Shown here: positions 23,456-38,102 of the stretch, in pieces | Position numbering within the stretch: position 1 is the first letter of the stretch | How the letters are laid out: every line of letters begins with the position of its first letter | NCBI GenBank assembly: GCA_964016885.1 | Contig: OZ024740.1 | Coordinates: 390,724,001 to 390,788,000, forward strand | Direction: 5' to 3' | DNA length: 64,000 nucleotides | From: Eledone cirrhosa | Taxonomy: Eukaryota | The notes under the pieces: generated by a model | Database searches by the model: none | What the model was told of the DNA's origin: nothing | The model's input: only the letters and a program-made list of their open reading frames with translations | Made by a program: the position numbers and the translations under genes

Positions 23456-24874
23456 AAGATTTTATTGTTGAAGAACGTTTCCCTGTGTGTGATCGTAAAA
23501 TATACCGCGTAAACACCGTTGATGGAATACATTCACCCTACGATTGATCTTGGTAGTCATTTCCCACGTTTCCGTAGATTGCTTTTAACAGGGTAATAAT
23601 CTCACACCAGGGATCTTCATGCTAGATTGATCACGTTACTGCTGGAGCGAGCCTGGTTCTGGAGCTGACATTCGTTTTTGTATTTTTTTCATTGCAATAA
23701 TGAAGGTGAAGTCGGCAACCTCTTTAGCTGGTTTTTGGTTGGAATGCTTTTGCGGTCTTCTCCGCGGGGCGCAGCCTCAATACCGCCGCGGTCATCCCTC
23801 TTCCCCTTCCCCCCACCCATTCTTCTATGACACTAGAGCCCTTGCCTTTCCCTTTTTTTTCCATTTCCATAACCACAAAAGACACTTGAATATTCAATGT
23901 AACTCTACTTTGTGTAGTGAGAACTATTTTTATTTACTTATATATATTCAATACTTAAAATTGTCATCATCATAATTTCCCCCGTCGTCAGAACGAATTA
24001 AATTAAAATTGCCAAATAATATTTTAATAATACCTTTAGTTTCAATGGGTTGAAATCCTTTTCAATGGGTTTAAATCCATGTAAAATGTATTTTTATTGG
24101 ATTTCAAAAACATCTTACAATATATTTCCATATAAAGCATATATAACAGGTGCCATAAACCTGCTGCAAGAATCAAGACAGTAAATCGACGATGAAATAT
24201 AGCATATTTAATTATTGAATATACAGTAAACCGTATATTATATATTCGATATATTCTTTAACTACTTGGCATATAAAACGTTCCAGCATTCTGCTTTTTA
24301 AATCCAAGAAGTATTCACTGTAGCTAGTAGCTAACCAATAGAGTTTATGTCATTGTGAACCCTCATTCAGTGTTTTATGTTACATCTATGGTTGATCATA
24401 ACTTAGTTGCCAGGCAACGACTTTGTTGCTTTGTGAATATGTTATAAATAAGATATTGATTCTTGTTCATGCTTGTTGTAGCAAATTCATTGGGTTTGGA
24501 AATAACAATTTGTAACTTTGAAGCCTTACACATGAACATTCGAATAAGTAATTCTTTTGAAAAAAAAAACATTCAACGAGTCTGTGTTCAAAGCTACCCC
24601 CCCCCCCCTTAGCGTTAAGTTGGTGCGATAGAACTCTCTTCTTAATCAATGCTCTCATTTTTATAACAAAAATTCACCATAAAAATTCAATCTATATTTC
24701 CAACAACTAGATAAACTGAGGCAAAATATAATTCAATTTTCTGACCAGAAACGCAATGAAATGCTTGCAGTGAATTTGAAAACAGTGGCATCTCATGTCA
24801 GAAATATCAGCTGCTGTCCTTTTGCTAGTATTTTGAATTATTTATTAATTTTGTTTCACTTAGAGGGACATAAT

Positions 24875-24964
<90 letters not shown>

Positions 24965-24965
<1 letters not shown>

Positions 24966-25110
24966 ATTCTATTTAATAATGAAGGAGTAACGTTAAGATT
25001 CTTTTCCTACAACAAAGCAAACAATACAGTACAATGAAGATATATTAGCTTAACGCTTGATATAGTAGGAAAAGAAACTTAACGTTACTCCTTCATTATT
25101 GAATAGAATT
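24965..25110. mobile_element. MITE-like fold-back (~146 bp)
   Basis: Inverted arms aattctat.taataatgaaggagtaacgttaag / cttaacgttactccttcattattgaatagaatt. Confidence 0.65.
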
Positions 25111-25300
25111 GGCGATGGATTGGCAGTATCGGTAGAGAGTCGGAAGCCATGCTTTGACGCATAGAGTTACGGCCCTTGCCATTCTGAGTTCAAATCCCGC
25201 CGAGGTTAACTTTGCCTTTCATCCTTACGGGGTCGATAAAATAAAGTACCAGTAATGTACTGGGTAATTGCTGGCCTTGTGCCAAAAGTAGAAACAATTA
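25111..25300 (+). mobile_element. Full-length SINE family S
   Basis: tggcagtatcggtagag A-box-like, gagttcaaatccc B-box; probable TSD ttatt(g/a)aatagaat. Confidence 0.88.
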
Positions 25301-25999
25301 TTAAATAGAATGAAAAATAAAAGAAGTAGAAAGATAGAGGAGACTACAAAGAATGTCTAGTGTGTGTGAATTTTGAATGTAAGTTAGCTTAAAGTTGACT
25401 GCTTCAACACGAGTATTTGACTTTCAAAAATAGACAAAGTGGGGCATACAAGCACTCAGAGACGGAGGGAAAGTGGACAGATTCAGACAATGCTGTCTAC
25501 ATTTTTTTTTGTCTCTAGGTGCTTATATGGCCAACATGTTTGACTATTTTTTCTTGATCAAAATCCTACGTTGAAACAGTTAACTAAAACAGTTAACTAA
25601 AAATTCATAATTCGCTCATTACTAACAGCCCGACTTTTGGTGAAACTGGTGCTGGTTTGGGTAATTATCAACTTTATTTTGGTATTTCTACTAATTGACC
25701 CGATTATCAATTGTTTTATGTTAGCTGTATTCATTTTTGTTGATGAGCCTTATCAATTGGTGGAATATATCAATAACTTTTATGCTGTTATTCGATGATT
25801 TGGTGATCAAGTCGCTGATCATATTGATTGCTCTGGCAAATTTGTTCATATTTTGCCACGTCAATACCGAATTCCGTAATGATATGCCCTGCATCTGTTT
25901 AACCCTAGGTACCATTGAGTAGGACATTGATTAGCACGATGTTGCAGTATCGTACATTGCGTGAAGCACCTAGTGGTATTGTGATTTCATCAACATATT

Positions 26000-26076
<77 letters not shown>

Positions 26077-26610
26077 GACGTAAAATAAGAACTCTATGCG
26101 TCAAAGCATGGCTTCCGACTCTCTACCGATACTGCCAATCCATCGCCAATTCTATTCAATAATGAAGGAGTAACGTTAAGTTTCTTTTCCTACTATATCA
26201 AGCGTTAAGCTAATATATCTTCATTGTACTGTATTATTTGCTTTGTTGTAGGAAAAGAATCTTAACGTTACTCCTTCATTATTAAATTGAATTATATATA
26301 TATATATATATGTTGGTAGATGTACTAATTCTCTATATTTATCTCCAAATTATTTGTTGAGCAAAACTTGCCAAAATTTACTGCTGATTCATGGTAGTAG
26401 TAGGCTCTTGTCATAATACCACCCCGCTCCTAACTGATTAACCTCAGTGTCACGTGATTGATTCTTTAGAATCTGCCACTGACCAGAGGTAGTGAATTTT
26501 TTCAGTGCTCTGGAATTTAGTCCTCGCTAGCTTTATTCCATCCACTGAATTATTATTTTTATATGGGTTCCTAGTGTCCGCGCATCGCCTGGGAACTTAG
26601 CTGAGAATAG

Positions 26611-26692
26611 ATTCCCTGATGACGTAAGGAATTCTCTATGGTTATATTACGTAACTATATTTATACCCTTACAGAAACTAATTAGTTGGAGT
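26611..26692 (+). ncRNA. Type I hammerhead ribozyme within a 534-nt terminally redundant unit
   Basis: attcc-CTGATGA-c gtaagg...ccttac a-GAAA-ctaattag-TT-ggagt. Confidence 0.7.
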
Positions 26693-26864
26693 GAAAATTT
26701 TAGTAAGTAAGTTGATTTTTAATTTTAAAATTTTCTTATTTTACGTCTTTCATATAATTGTTCTGCATCCCCCTGCATAGAACCACAAAGGTACTAAGAC
26801 ATAACATATATATTTGCTAGCATGGGTGTACATCTGTACACATATGTTGGTAGATGTACTAATT

Positions 26865-26972
<108 letters not shown>

Positions 26973-27089
26973 CAAAAGAATTGTGGTAAGGAACCAGATG
27001 GACCATAACGCACCAGAGTACTCAATACTTAGGGTAGTAGAGTGGGAAATAGGAAAAAGTATGACCCCGATGGCAGAGCTCAAGCCGTT

Positions 27090-27139
<50 letters not shown>

Positions 27140-27142
<3 letters not shown>

Positions 27143-27475
27143 GATAACAAAATATCGTTATAGGTAATCCAGTTAGAGGTTGTGAATACTTATTATTATG
27201 GATAGTTTTAGCGTACGGCGTTGTTTGACTCAACAAGAGGTTTACGTAGGTGGCGAGTTTATGATTTCACTTGTATTCCTATGTAAGTTTATCTTGGAGT
27301 AATAAAATTGAAAAAGTGAAGAATAACATGGTCAACGGTACAAAAAAAAAGGATTTATTTACAGTCTGACAGTTGTTTCATGGATTAAGTTGTCTAAAAA
27401 TTGCTGAACACTAGAAGCAGTGCCACTCAATTTCAAATACGATGTTAGCTTAATCAGATCATCGGAGATAACTAT
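27140..27475 (-). mobile_element. Penelope-type terminal repeat with degenerate hammerhead
   Basis: Homologous to 58762-59217; minus strand tct-CCGATGA-tctgattaag...cttaatccat-GAAA-caactg-TC-aga. Confidence 0.65.
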
Positions 27476-27478
27476 ATT

Positions 27479-27510
<32 letters not shown>

Positions 27511-27987
27511 TTTGCACGGTACAACTGCGTTCCTGTTATTGCACCACCAGTCTAATCGGTTCGTTATAACTTACTCCATTCTATTTTTTCCTCGGTTACT
27601 TACTTGCATGTTCCATTGTCCCATGTCCCCCCCCCCCCCACCATTCGGTCTGTTTACCTGTTTGTCTCTCTCTTCCTCTCTCCTCACTACTTTTCCTTAT
27701 TTTCTTCTTTTTTCCTTTTCAGACTACATTTATTGTATTCAGCCATGTAGAGCGAAAATTTTCTTTTTTATTTGAATTTGACAAAGCCGGCCATTTATCA
27801 CTCGTATACAGGAAACTAACTGGCCAGTCTGTTGATATGCAAATCTAGCTAATCAGTGGCTCTGCTAATATGCAGATCTGACTGATCATCCAGTCTGCTA
27901 ATATGCAAATCAGGCCAATCAGTCACTGTGTATTTTTGAAAATAGCATATATTTTCACTAGCTCTGACAGTTTGGCAGGTGAACAGT

Positions 27988-28037
27988 GAGCTGTACTGAT
28001 GAAGGGTAATACCCAGAAACATTAGTGTCTGCAGTTC
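27988..28037 (+). ncRNA. Type I hammerhead ribozyme
   Basis: 8-bp stem I gagctgta/tgcagttc, CTGATGA, gggt-aat-accc, GAAA, cattagtg, TC cleavage site. Confidence 0.85.
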
Positions 28038-28206
28038 TGTTCACATGCCAAAACAAGAGCAAGAATGAAGTGTTCATTCTACTGACATGGCTATAAAATG
28101 GAGGCTTGTTTTCATAATTGCAAACGAATCGAATGTTATTATTAATATTCGAAAAACTCAGATTACAATTATTGTATTCAACCATGTATACGAAAATTTT
28201 CTTTTT

Positions 28207-28328
<122 letters not shown>

Positions 28329-28367
28329 AATAACAAAGAACGCCTATAGCATATGCATATCTTTACT

Positions 28368-28413
28368 TGCTAACATTGTTTCATCCGCACTATAAGTGGG
28401 ACTCATCAAAGCA
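28368..28413 (-). ncRNA. Type I hammerhead ribozyme (U at position 3)
   Basis: tgct-TTGATGA-gtcc cacttatagtg c ggat-GAAA-caatg-TT-agca. Confidence 0.7.
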
Positions 28414-28954
28414 TAAAGGTTAATTACATACCACACAAGCAATAACAAATCAAGACATTGAAGAATGAAAAATAATAGAAGATAAAGGATATTAAGGAAG
28501 TAAAAGTAAAAATAAAAATAAAAATAAAAATAAAAATAAAAATAAAAATAATAAAATAAACAATGAAAAATAAGGGGTGCTATCAGTCACAGTTGGGCGG
28601 GGTGCTGTCAACATATAGTTACATACAAGCATACACATGGATAAGAGAACAGACAAGAGTAGATAAGATAGATAGGATTAGGTAAGAGTAGGTAAAAAAT
28701 AGGTGAAAAACAGACTTATAATATATATAAGAAAATACAAAAAATATAACAAACATACATATAAAATATAAAATATACAGATAATAGTGATACAGGGTAA
28801 GGAATGAAATAAAATAATATAAAATTAAAATTAAAATTATATAAAATAGAACATAATATAATATAATCATAAAATAAGATAAAATAAGGTAAACTAAAAT
28901 AAAATAAAATAGACTAAAGTAAAATAATATAATATAAGATATAATTAAATGTAA

Positions 28955-28986
<32 letters not shown>

Positions 28987-29167
28987 AATTAAATAAATAA
29001 ATAAAATTAAAATTAAAATTAAAATTAAATAAATAAATAAATAAATAAATAAGTAAATAAATAAATAAATGAATGAATGAAATTAAATAAATAAATAAAT
29101 AAAATTAAATAAAATGAAATGAAATAAAATAAAATAAAATAAAGTAAATTGAGATAAGATATATATT

Positions 29168-29327
29168 TTTTTAGAATATATCTCTTGAATATATCAGGGG
29201 CCCACGAAGGCACTAAGTGTCACAGTTATCCGTATCACTTGACCATGTTTTTAGAATATATTTCTTGAAAATATCAGGGGCCCACGAAGGCACTAAGTGT
29301 CACAGTCACCAGTATCACTTGACCATT
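29168..29327. repeat. ~80-bp tandem duplication
   Basis: Two copies of ttttagaatatat...aggggcccacgaaggcactaagtgtcacag...cacttgaccat. Confidence 0.9.
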
Positions 29328-31528
29328 GCAAGGCAATGGAGGCGTCCCAGGTTGGGCAGTCTCAAAAGTTCACTCGAAAGTCACGGGTGTGCATTCACAC
29401 AGCTGAGCGGTGGGGTAATCACAAACCGGTTCACACCCGGGCAGGAGTCCAATGGTCAAACAGAGGTACATCGAAGGAAGGTAGGAGAATTCACGTGCAG
29501 TAGCAAGAGGCCGAAAGCAAGGTGCAGGCGGGTTAGCCAAAGCAAGCAGACACAGTTGGAGCGCATACAAAAGATATATAAAAAGACAAAAGATATATAA
29601 AAAATAGCTTCAAGAGCCATGAAGTCACCGCATTGGGACATCACAAGATTATACACACCAATATGTTCAGCACGTATATGCACATATACACACCACATGC
29701 ATATGCAGAGACGGTATACATATATATATTTTTTTTTATATACAGACATATACAACCACCTACACCCATACACATATAAATGTATACACAGACACACACG
29801 CACACACACACAGCGTAGGACACCCGGGTCAAAGCTGATATTAAACACAGAAATACCACATTAGGCAAGACCCACCACCACGGATAATACATTCAAAATA
29901 AAAACATACGATGAGATGTAGTAAAATAAAATTGAATTCCTACGGAGATAATCATGTCCGCACGTGCCATTGCCCGATTTAAGTGTACACAGACCGTTAG
30001 TAACTACGGAGGGCTATCGGGGCCAAAACGTTACTTTCGGGATCATAACAACGACCGTCAATATATGGAAGGCCGATCGTGCTAGAAAGACTACAACCCC
30101 GGGCAAGAGCTCCCAGAAGTCAGCCTGTAGATCTTAAACCACAGAATAGGAGGGCAACACGTACATGCGCCACGTATCTACTGCTTACGGCGAGATGGCA
30201 CAGGTCCGCCCACAGTTACAGGCTAAATTTCTACTAGTGCAGCCTATATCACAGTACACGCTCTACATAGATACATTACATCACAACTCATGCGCATACA
30301 GAGGTACAGATCCACAAGATACACGTCAGGATAGACCCACCAATGCACCAATGGTGGGTAGGCGAGCGTGGATGGGTTACATCCGCTGTGCCAAACAGGG
30401 GTGCTTATTAACATACACACCCACTCACCTGTACACCCCAATATCCAGATCAATATCCTCCCGCAGGCATACGTATACACTCACCGACTCATATACATAG
30501 AAGACAAACAATAGGAGACAGTTACACACAATCAGAGACAGTTACACAAGATAGCCCAACTGGAGAAATAAGGAAGTGCTAGCTAATAGGTTTAAAGTAG
30601 AAGAAAGAGCTTAATATTCGGTGGGGGCAAGAGGAAAATATTTCTGACTTTCTATTTAGTAGAGGGCATTTAGCAAATATAATAGAGTGGGATTCGGCAA
30701 GGCATAGGTTACATACTCTATTATGAGGAGTATATGGATGGGATTTAGCAACCTGCCGCCAAGTAAGTGTGTAATGTGTTCGTGCATTTTTTAAATTGTG
30801 GACGTACGCTGCCAAGGAGGTGGAGTTCCTCAGTTTATTATGTCTAAAAGTGCACTGGTGAGAGTTAAACCTGGTCTTAAAGGGGGTGGAGGTTGACCCT
30901 ATATAGGTTTTAGTGGACGCCGTAGTTACCACATCACATGCATAAACTATGTTTCTAACAAGGCAGAAACCATTCAGGGGGCAGCCTGAAGCCCTTCTAC
31001 AGTTACAACTTCTGGTGATGCTATTCTCAGAATGATCACCACTTGTGTTTCGGCCCACTCTGTCCACTACCGTGTTTTCCCCTAGGCTTAGGTTGTCCAG
31101 GCCTTCCTTTATTTTCTTATTATTAGTAATGGCCAGATGAGAGGCCAGATTTTGGGTTGTAGAATACGAAAGTTTAACAACATTCTTATTGAGGATAGAG
31201 TGGTACCTATTACCAGGAGGGAAGTTCCTTTCTAACACAGAGAATGAACTACATAGGAACTACAAAAAAACAACGCAGAGTAATTTAGATAATATTAATC
31301 TGGAGGTGTATAACATAGTGGTAAAACTAGGTCTGGATAAACACACTCAGCCTTATTACCCCAAGCAGCCTAGATTCACCCTCAAGGACCATGAATGAAC
31401 ACAAATAAATAATACAATATATCATCTCTCATCCCCGAGAGATGATATATTGTATTCCTTTTCCCATTTTCACATCTGTGATATTTACTACATATACATA
31501 GACACGCGCGCACACACTCTCACACACT

Positions 31529-31574
<46 letters not shown>

Positions 31575-31705
31575 TTATATATGAAAAGAGTCAGGACCCC
31601 GACGACTGAGCTCCATCCGTTTCGACAGCTAGATCCGAACTAAGCGACTAATATTGAGTACTGATGCGTTATGGGCCACCTGGTATCTTACCACATCCTC
31701 TTTGT

Positions 31706-32187
<482 letters not shown>

Positions 32188-32402
32188 TACTATCTGCCTA
32201 TCACTATATATATATTTGTCTATCGATCCAAATGCTCGTCTGTCAATCTATGAATTTATCTAATGTATATCTGCCTGTCTCTCTATCTGGCACTCTTTTT
32301 TTCATATTTTCAAATTGTATCTTAATCTAACTGCCATGCATGTATGCACCTGTCTATCTACGCATTCGAAGACACGTACGCACACAACCACCCACTCATA
32401 TT

Positions 32403-32484
<82 letters not shown>

Positions 32485-33428
32485 CGCGCGCGCGTGTGTG
32501 CGTGTGTGCGCGTGCGCGTTTATTTATCTATACTTATCTCTCCCTGCATCCATCCATCGTTCTTTCTCTCCTTGTCTGTCTCTCTATCCCCATGCACATG
32601 CACAAATGTTACAAGACAAATACAATTTTTTAAGAAAGCGAGATCATACCAATATATTACTAGTGTACAGATGTGTATGTATTTTCATTATTGTAATATA
32701 TAATTTCCACTAAATGTCAACATATAACCAAATGAATTGAGATTGACTGAAATGTCGACAATTCGGACTATTTTTATGATGATTTTCAAATTGTAATTCT
32801 TTCACTAGAGCTGGGGGAAGGGTGCACATTTAGGCAATTTAGTTGCAGTGATTCATTTAGCTGTTATCAAATATCAACCAGTATATAAAAAACATAACAT
32901 GTACATAAATTGTAGCGCATATACAAGTAGATGCCTTTGTCTTTGTTATCTCTATTTAATAGAAAAAGACATGTAATAATCCTTTACTCCACTTAGAAAT
33001 CGACCTAAGATAAATTAGATCAGGACGTAGGTATGATTCATAACTTCCTTATGTTGTCAACACAAATATCACGTGTTCTTAACCTGCAATATAATTCATC
33101 CATAAATCAATAATGAATAATCTTTATAATGTATATGCTCCTGTAATTTCTAATGCATTCTTGGATATATACTTTCGTTAATATGGATGCTGTTTTTTCT
33201 CTATCGATATTTTTGTTTATTCACTATTTTGTCGAATGTACTAAAATCACAGTTATACTGCTTCATAAACTATTACCATATCCAAAGAAATCATTTATTA
33301 TCAACAAGGTAAAAAGTCTGGTAGAAAGAATATAAGTGTATGTATGTGTAGATGAATGTAATCTATATGTGAGTGCACAATCTATATGTGAGACCCCATA
33401 ACTGAATGCCAAAAACGTCGATGGTGGG

Positions 33429-33459
<31 letters not shown>

Positions 33460-34646
33460 GTGAGGAAGGTGTTGAAAAAGTGTATGTGCATGCCTAAACG
33501 TATTCGAGCAAATGTATTCAATTTAAATACACTTCTTCCTCTATTGTAGTTAATTCTTGTTTAGCTTCTTATGACGCGAACAATATATTTGTTCGGAATC
33601 TTTCGATTTCAAATAGGTTTTGTGAATTTTGTAAAGATGATATGTCCTCCTCTCAAACAGATTCACTGAAGACTTTATACATTAATTTACAATATTATAT
33701 ATTTGATCATCCATAAATGTACATATTTAGAGAGTTATTGACTGAGTGGGTCAGCAAAGACCTCTTCATCCTATAGAAATCAATGTTTGACACCTGTTTA
33801 TGGAAATCTTTAATCACGAACATTGAGACAAGTTACTCTATTTGTATTGTCACATGAGTCAACAGTCAAATAGATTACTTTGAAAGAACTGAATTAAGTA
33901 TTGCACAATAAGGAAACACGCATCTGTGCAACATGAATGTCTTTGTTAACGCGCTGAAGTCTACATAATGCCTGTTATAAATTAAGTCCTTGATATAAAC
34001 AAAAAGTAGCCACAACCGATGTATATGCTAAGGGCACAAAACAGAGCTGTTCGGTGGAATAAATAAACACTCTTGTCAATAATTTTATTTCTATAGAGTT
34101 CCACTACAGAGTGACCCACGATAATCAAAACACAAAAATCAAATATAAATCTCTGAACTTTCTCCTTGAATGAAACGTAGATATAATTACGATGCAATGA
34201 TATTTAACTTATTTGTAAAGAAATAAGTAAACACATGTCAAATCATTGTACCTGAAGACACGACCATTGTACAGAATAGCGTGTTCAATGTTAGCGGTTG
34301 ACGAGGCAAATAATGCGTAGAAAACAAGGTATTCAATTAAAATAGGTTGCTTAAATAGGTTACTTAAATTTCAACAGAAATGTATGTAACTTGCCTTCTT
34401 CAATGTATTTCTCAGTTATTCTTTGTTCATTTCTATCTCTACCCTGAGGACTATTCTTTTTTGTCTTTCCAGTCTATATTTTCTCTATTTCTCTCACCAT
34501 TTCACCCAACGCCACAGTGGAGTTTTTGATGTTTCTAGAGACGAAATAAAGAAATGTATTTCGTATACAACAAAACTACGTATGTGTGCACGGTTCGACA
34601 TTATAAACACACACACACACATTCGAATATATATATATATATACAC

Positions 34647-34679
<33 letters not shown>

Positions 34680-34683
34680 TATC

Positions 34684-36165
34684 TGTGGCCTACTCCAATG
34701 CCACGGAACACCCGCCAATCGCCTTAGAGTCGAACAAAGAACTATCTTCATCTTACAGACCCACACTCCTCCCGGCCTGAACTCCCCACCCTTATTCCTT
34801 TAGCCTTCGACCCCCCCCCCCTCCCCCACACTTATCCCCCACTAACACCACTAACACACCCCTCCTTTTCACCGCCCACCCCACAACTAACAATACTAAC
34901 ACCTCCACTCCACCCCTCATCCGACCACCCTTCCCCAACTAACATACTAACATCCCTCCCTTCTTCTCCTCCCCCCTCCTTATCACACGCACACACCCAC
35001 CGGCACATATATACACGCGCTCACACTAAACACACACCCTACTACCACCACTAACCCTCACCCCCACACCTCCATCCCACCACCCCGCAACTAACCTCAC
35101 TAACACCCCCTGACCCCAAGCACACGAACACACGCACCCACTTACACCACCCACCCCACACGCATCTAACATCACTAACACCCCCCAACCCCACGCACAC
35201 GTACCCACACACCCTCGTACACCACCAACTCTACACACCCTACCACCACCAACCCCCACTCACACCTGCATTCAACCCTTTCCCCACCTCCCGTATACTA
35301 ACACCCACTAACACCCCTTCATCAAACTACACACACACCAGTACACCACACTCCCTCCATAGAACTACACACACCCTTCTCTCCCCGCTCCACCCACACC
35401 CTCGCTCCACACTCACTCATCCCACTAACACCTCTACTAATACACACACACACCCTCCTCACTCCAACTTTCACACCTACCCATCCTCGCCCCTTTACCA
35501 TTCCACCCGACTGCTGCTATGCCCTCTGACCACCTCCCAGCACAAACAGACACACAGCACTCCCACCGCTTGACCACTTCCTGTTGCGCGCGCACCCCAC
35601 ATCTCTCCTCTTCCGACCATCTCTTCATGGAATACTCGTTTGTGGAACTTGACCACCACGGAATCTACTAAACATCATAGGAATTTACCAACATTTCAAC
35701 CATCCTCTTACGGAATCACCTATATAACTCACCCACACACACACCCCCAAAAAAATGTTTTCTCCCACACGCCACCTACACCCACAACACGCTTAAACCC
35801 CACACACACGTGCTTTCCACCACCCCTACACACCCCACACCCTTCCACCACCTGTTTTACCCCTTTTTAATTTCAGTTTATTTTGATCATGCTTTTATAT
35901 TTATTTTTATTTCATTCCTTTTATTTTGATCATGCTTTATTTTTATTTTTATTTTTAATTTCATTCGCACCGTTTCCTTTCGCTATATGTCTCTCCACCA
36001 CTCCCCTACACACCCTTTGAACTCTGTTCCCACACACTTCTCACCTGAGGAAGGGCTTATGCCCGAAACGTCGTTCCCCACCACCACCCCACTCTCCAGA
36101 GCGTGAAATTAATAAACATTCGTTGTACTGCCTCTCTGTTTTGTTCCTGTTCAAATTTTTCCATT
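34684..36165 (+). mobile_element. Penelope-like 3' end with C/A-rich tail and hammerhead core
   Basis: RLRVEQRTIFILQTHTPPGLN = GIY-YIG C-terminus; CTGAGGA-agggc ttat gccc-GAAA-cgtcg at 36045-36075; AATAAA ~36111. Confidence 0.7.
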
Positions 36166-36190
36166 ATATATATATGTGTGTGTGTGTGTG

Positions 36191-36266
<76 letters not shown>

Positions 36267-37419
36267 TGCGCAAGTATGCAAGTTTTTGGTGTTTGAAGAC
36301 CGAACTGGGGATTCGTGTTACCAACAGGTTTTCGTTCTGCGCTGTATACGCAGGAGGGCACTTTTACAACCCCTTTCTAAAACACTCCTTGAACACACCA
36401 ACACCTCCCAAACCCACTACCAATCAATTATCTTGCTCTTACCATTCACTATTTTCTCTCTCTCTATATATATATACAATTCTTCTAAATCTTCATCAAT
36501 ACTCCTTCACTCCCACACTCGTTAACACCCCACCCCAAATACCTACCCACACACATATATACATATACTCACACACATACATACACATAAACATATGTAC
36601 ATACACATACATACATACATATATACATACATACAGACGTACACATACACATACATACACACATGCATATATACACGTACATAGACATACATACAAACAT
36701 ACTCACACATATGCATATAGGATATATATGTATGTGTATGAAGTATATGTATGTATAGGAGATATATATATATATGTTTATGTATAAGTACACACATATG
36801 TGTGTATGTGTGTAAAATATATATGTATGCATATGTAGGATATATATATGTGTGTATATGGAAAATATATATATATATGTATGTAAAATATGTGTGTATA
36901 TGAGATATATATATATATGTGTATGTATAAGATATGTATAATATATATGTATATATATAGTGTGTATGTGTATGGTTTATAAGATATATATATATGTATA
37001 TATATATATATGTGTGTGTGTGTGTATGTGTGTATGTGTATATAGAATATATATATGCGTGTTTGTGTAATATGTATATATGTGTATAGTGTATATGTGT
37101 ATAGTGTATATATATATATATATATATATATGGTATATATGTATTTAATGTATATATATATAATATATATATGGTGTGTGTACATATATATGTATAATAT
37201 ATATAAAATGTGTGTGTGGGTATGTGTGTGTGTATATATGTGTGTGTATGTATGTGTGTGTATATATGTATGTATAATTGTATATATATATATGTGTGTG
37301 TGTATGTGTATGTATATATATATATATACATATATATATATGTATGTAATATATATGGACTGTAGATATATTTACATATATGTGAGACAGCCTGCCCCCC
37401 CCCCCCCCACACACACACA

Positions 37420-38102
37420 CTTCCTCTCCCAAACCAATTTCAACAACACATCTTTGACACATGTTCCCAAACTATCTTTCCTTTCTTTTTTTCCTGTCAT
37501 CCCATTCTTATCAAAAGACATGTATCTTACACCTCATTAAAACCCAGACAAGCACCTAAATTCATCTTTGATATAGAAATTTGGAGAAGATATTCTTTAT
37601 AAATTTAAGAGAGTTGATACAGCTATACAATTATATACTCATCAAAGGTCAGCTAATGAAATAAAACCAGCAGGAGAGGCTATTTACAACCACCTTCTCA
37701 AACACCCTTATCTTGCAACCTCACCATTTTCTGAGTGTATATATGTGTGTGTGTGTATGTATGCTTTAATTCCTCCAAATCTTCATCATCATCAACGTTC
37801 ATTAACACCACACCTCACACCCCAGACACATCCAAATCTCTCTTATATATATAGTCACACATCACAACACAACCAGATCTCAGTTTGACAATCGCCACAG
37901 ACGAATGCGAGAAAGTTCTCCAACCAAAGTTAACCAGGAATCTTTAAAATTCTTCCCACCAAAGTTAACAAAGAACTTACTAGATCTACCAACTCATAAT
38001 TATAAAATTAAATCAAATATTTTAACACTACAAGTGAAGTCATTCTTTTCCTTTTTTTCAAATATACCTAACTGTACCAAGGATCTCACACATTTTCCAA
38101 TA
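37420..38102 (+). mobile_element. Penelope-type terminal repeat with variant hammerhead core
   Basis: Related to 57437-58200; TTGACAA-tcgc..gcga-GAAA-gttc-TC at 37885-37920. Confidence 0.55.

Larger units (their letters stand above)
28330..31398 (-). mobile_element. Penelope-like element: GIY-YIG ORF, long 3' region, terminal hammerhead, 5' inversion
   Basis: ORF 30579-31238: SCNCR...CPL..FC..NIVY...YIG...FKTRF; plus-strand RT piece RFTLKDH at 31241-31398; hammerhead at 28368-28413. Linkage of the 3' region is inferred. Confidence 0.75.

Noticed and set aside
23480-23760. Helitron Rep fragment (IVG*MYSI, RLP.HL on the minus strand)
   Set aside because: Two short motifs with frame breaks; too weak without a search.
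25721-25960. Possible host exon (death-domain-like)
   Set aside because: Stops in all candidate frames, no clear splice sites or diagnostic motif.
30579-31238. Naiad-type selenoprotein Penelope
   Set aside because: GIY-YIG is C-terminal, with no in-frame UGA at Cys positions and no SECIS recognised.
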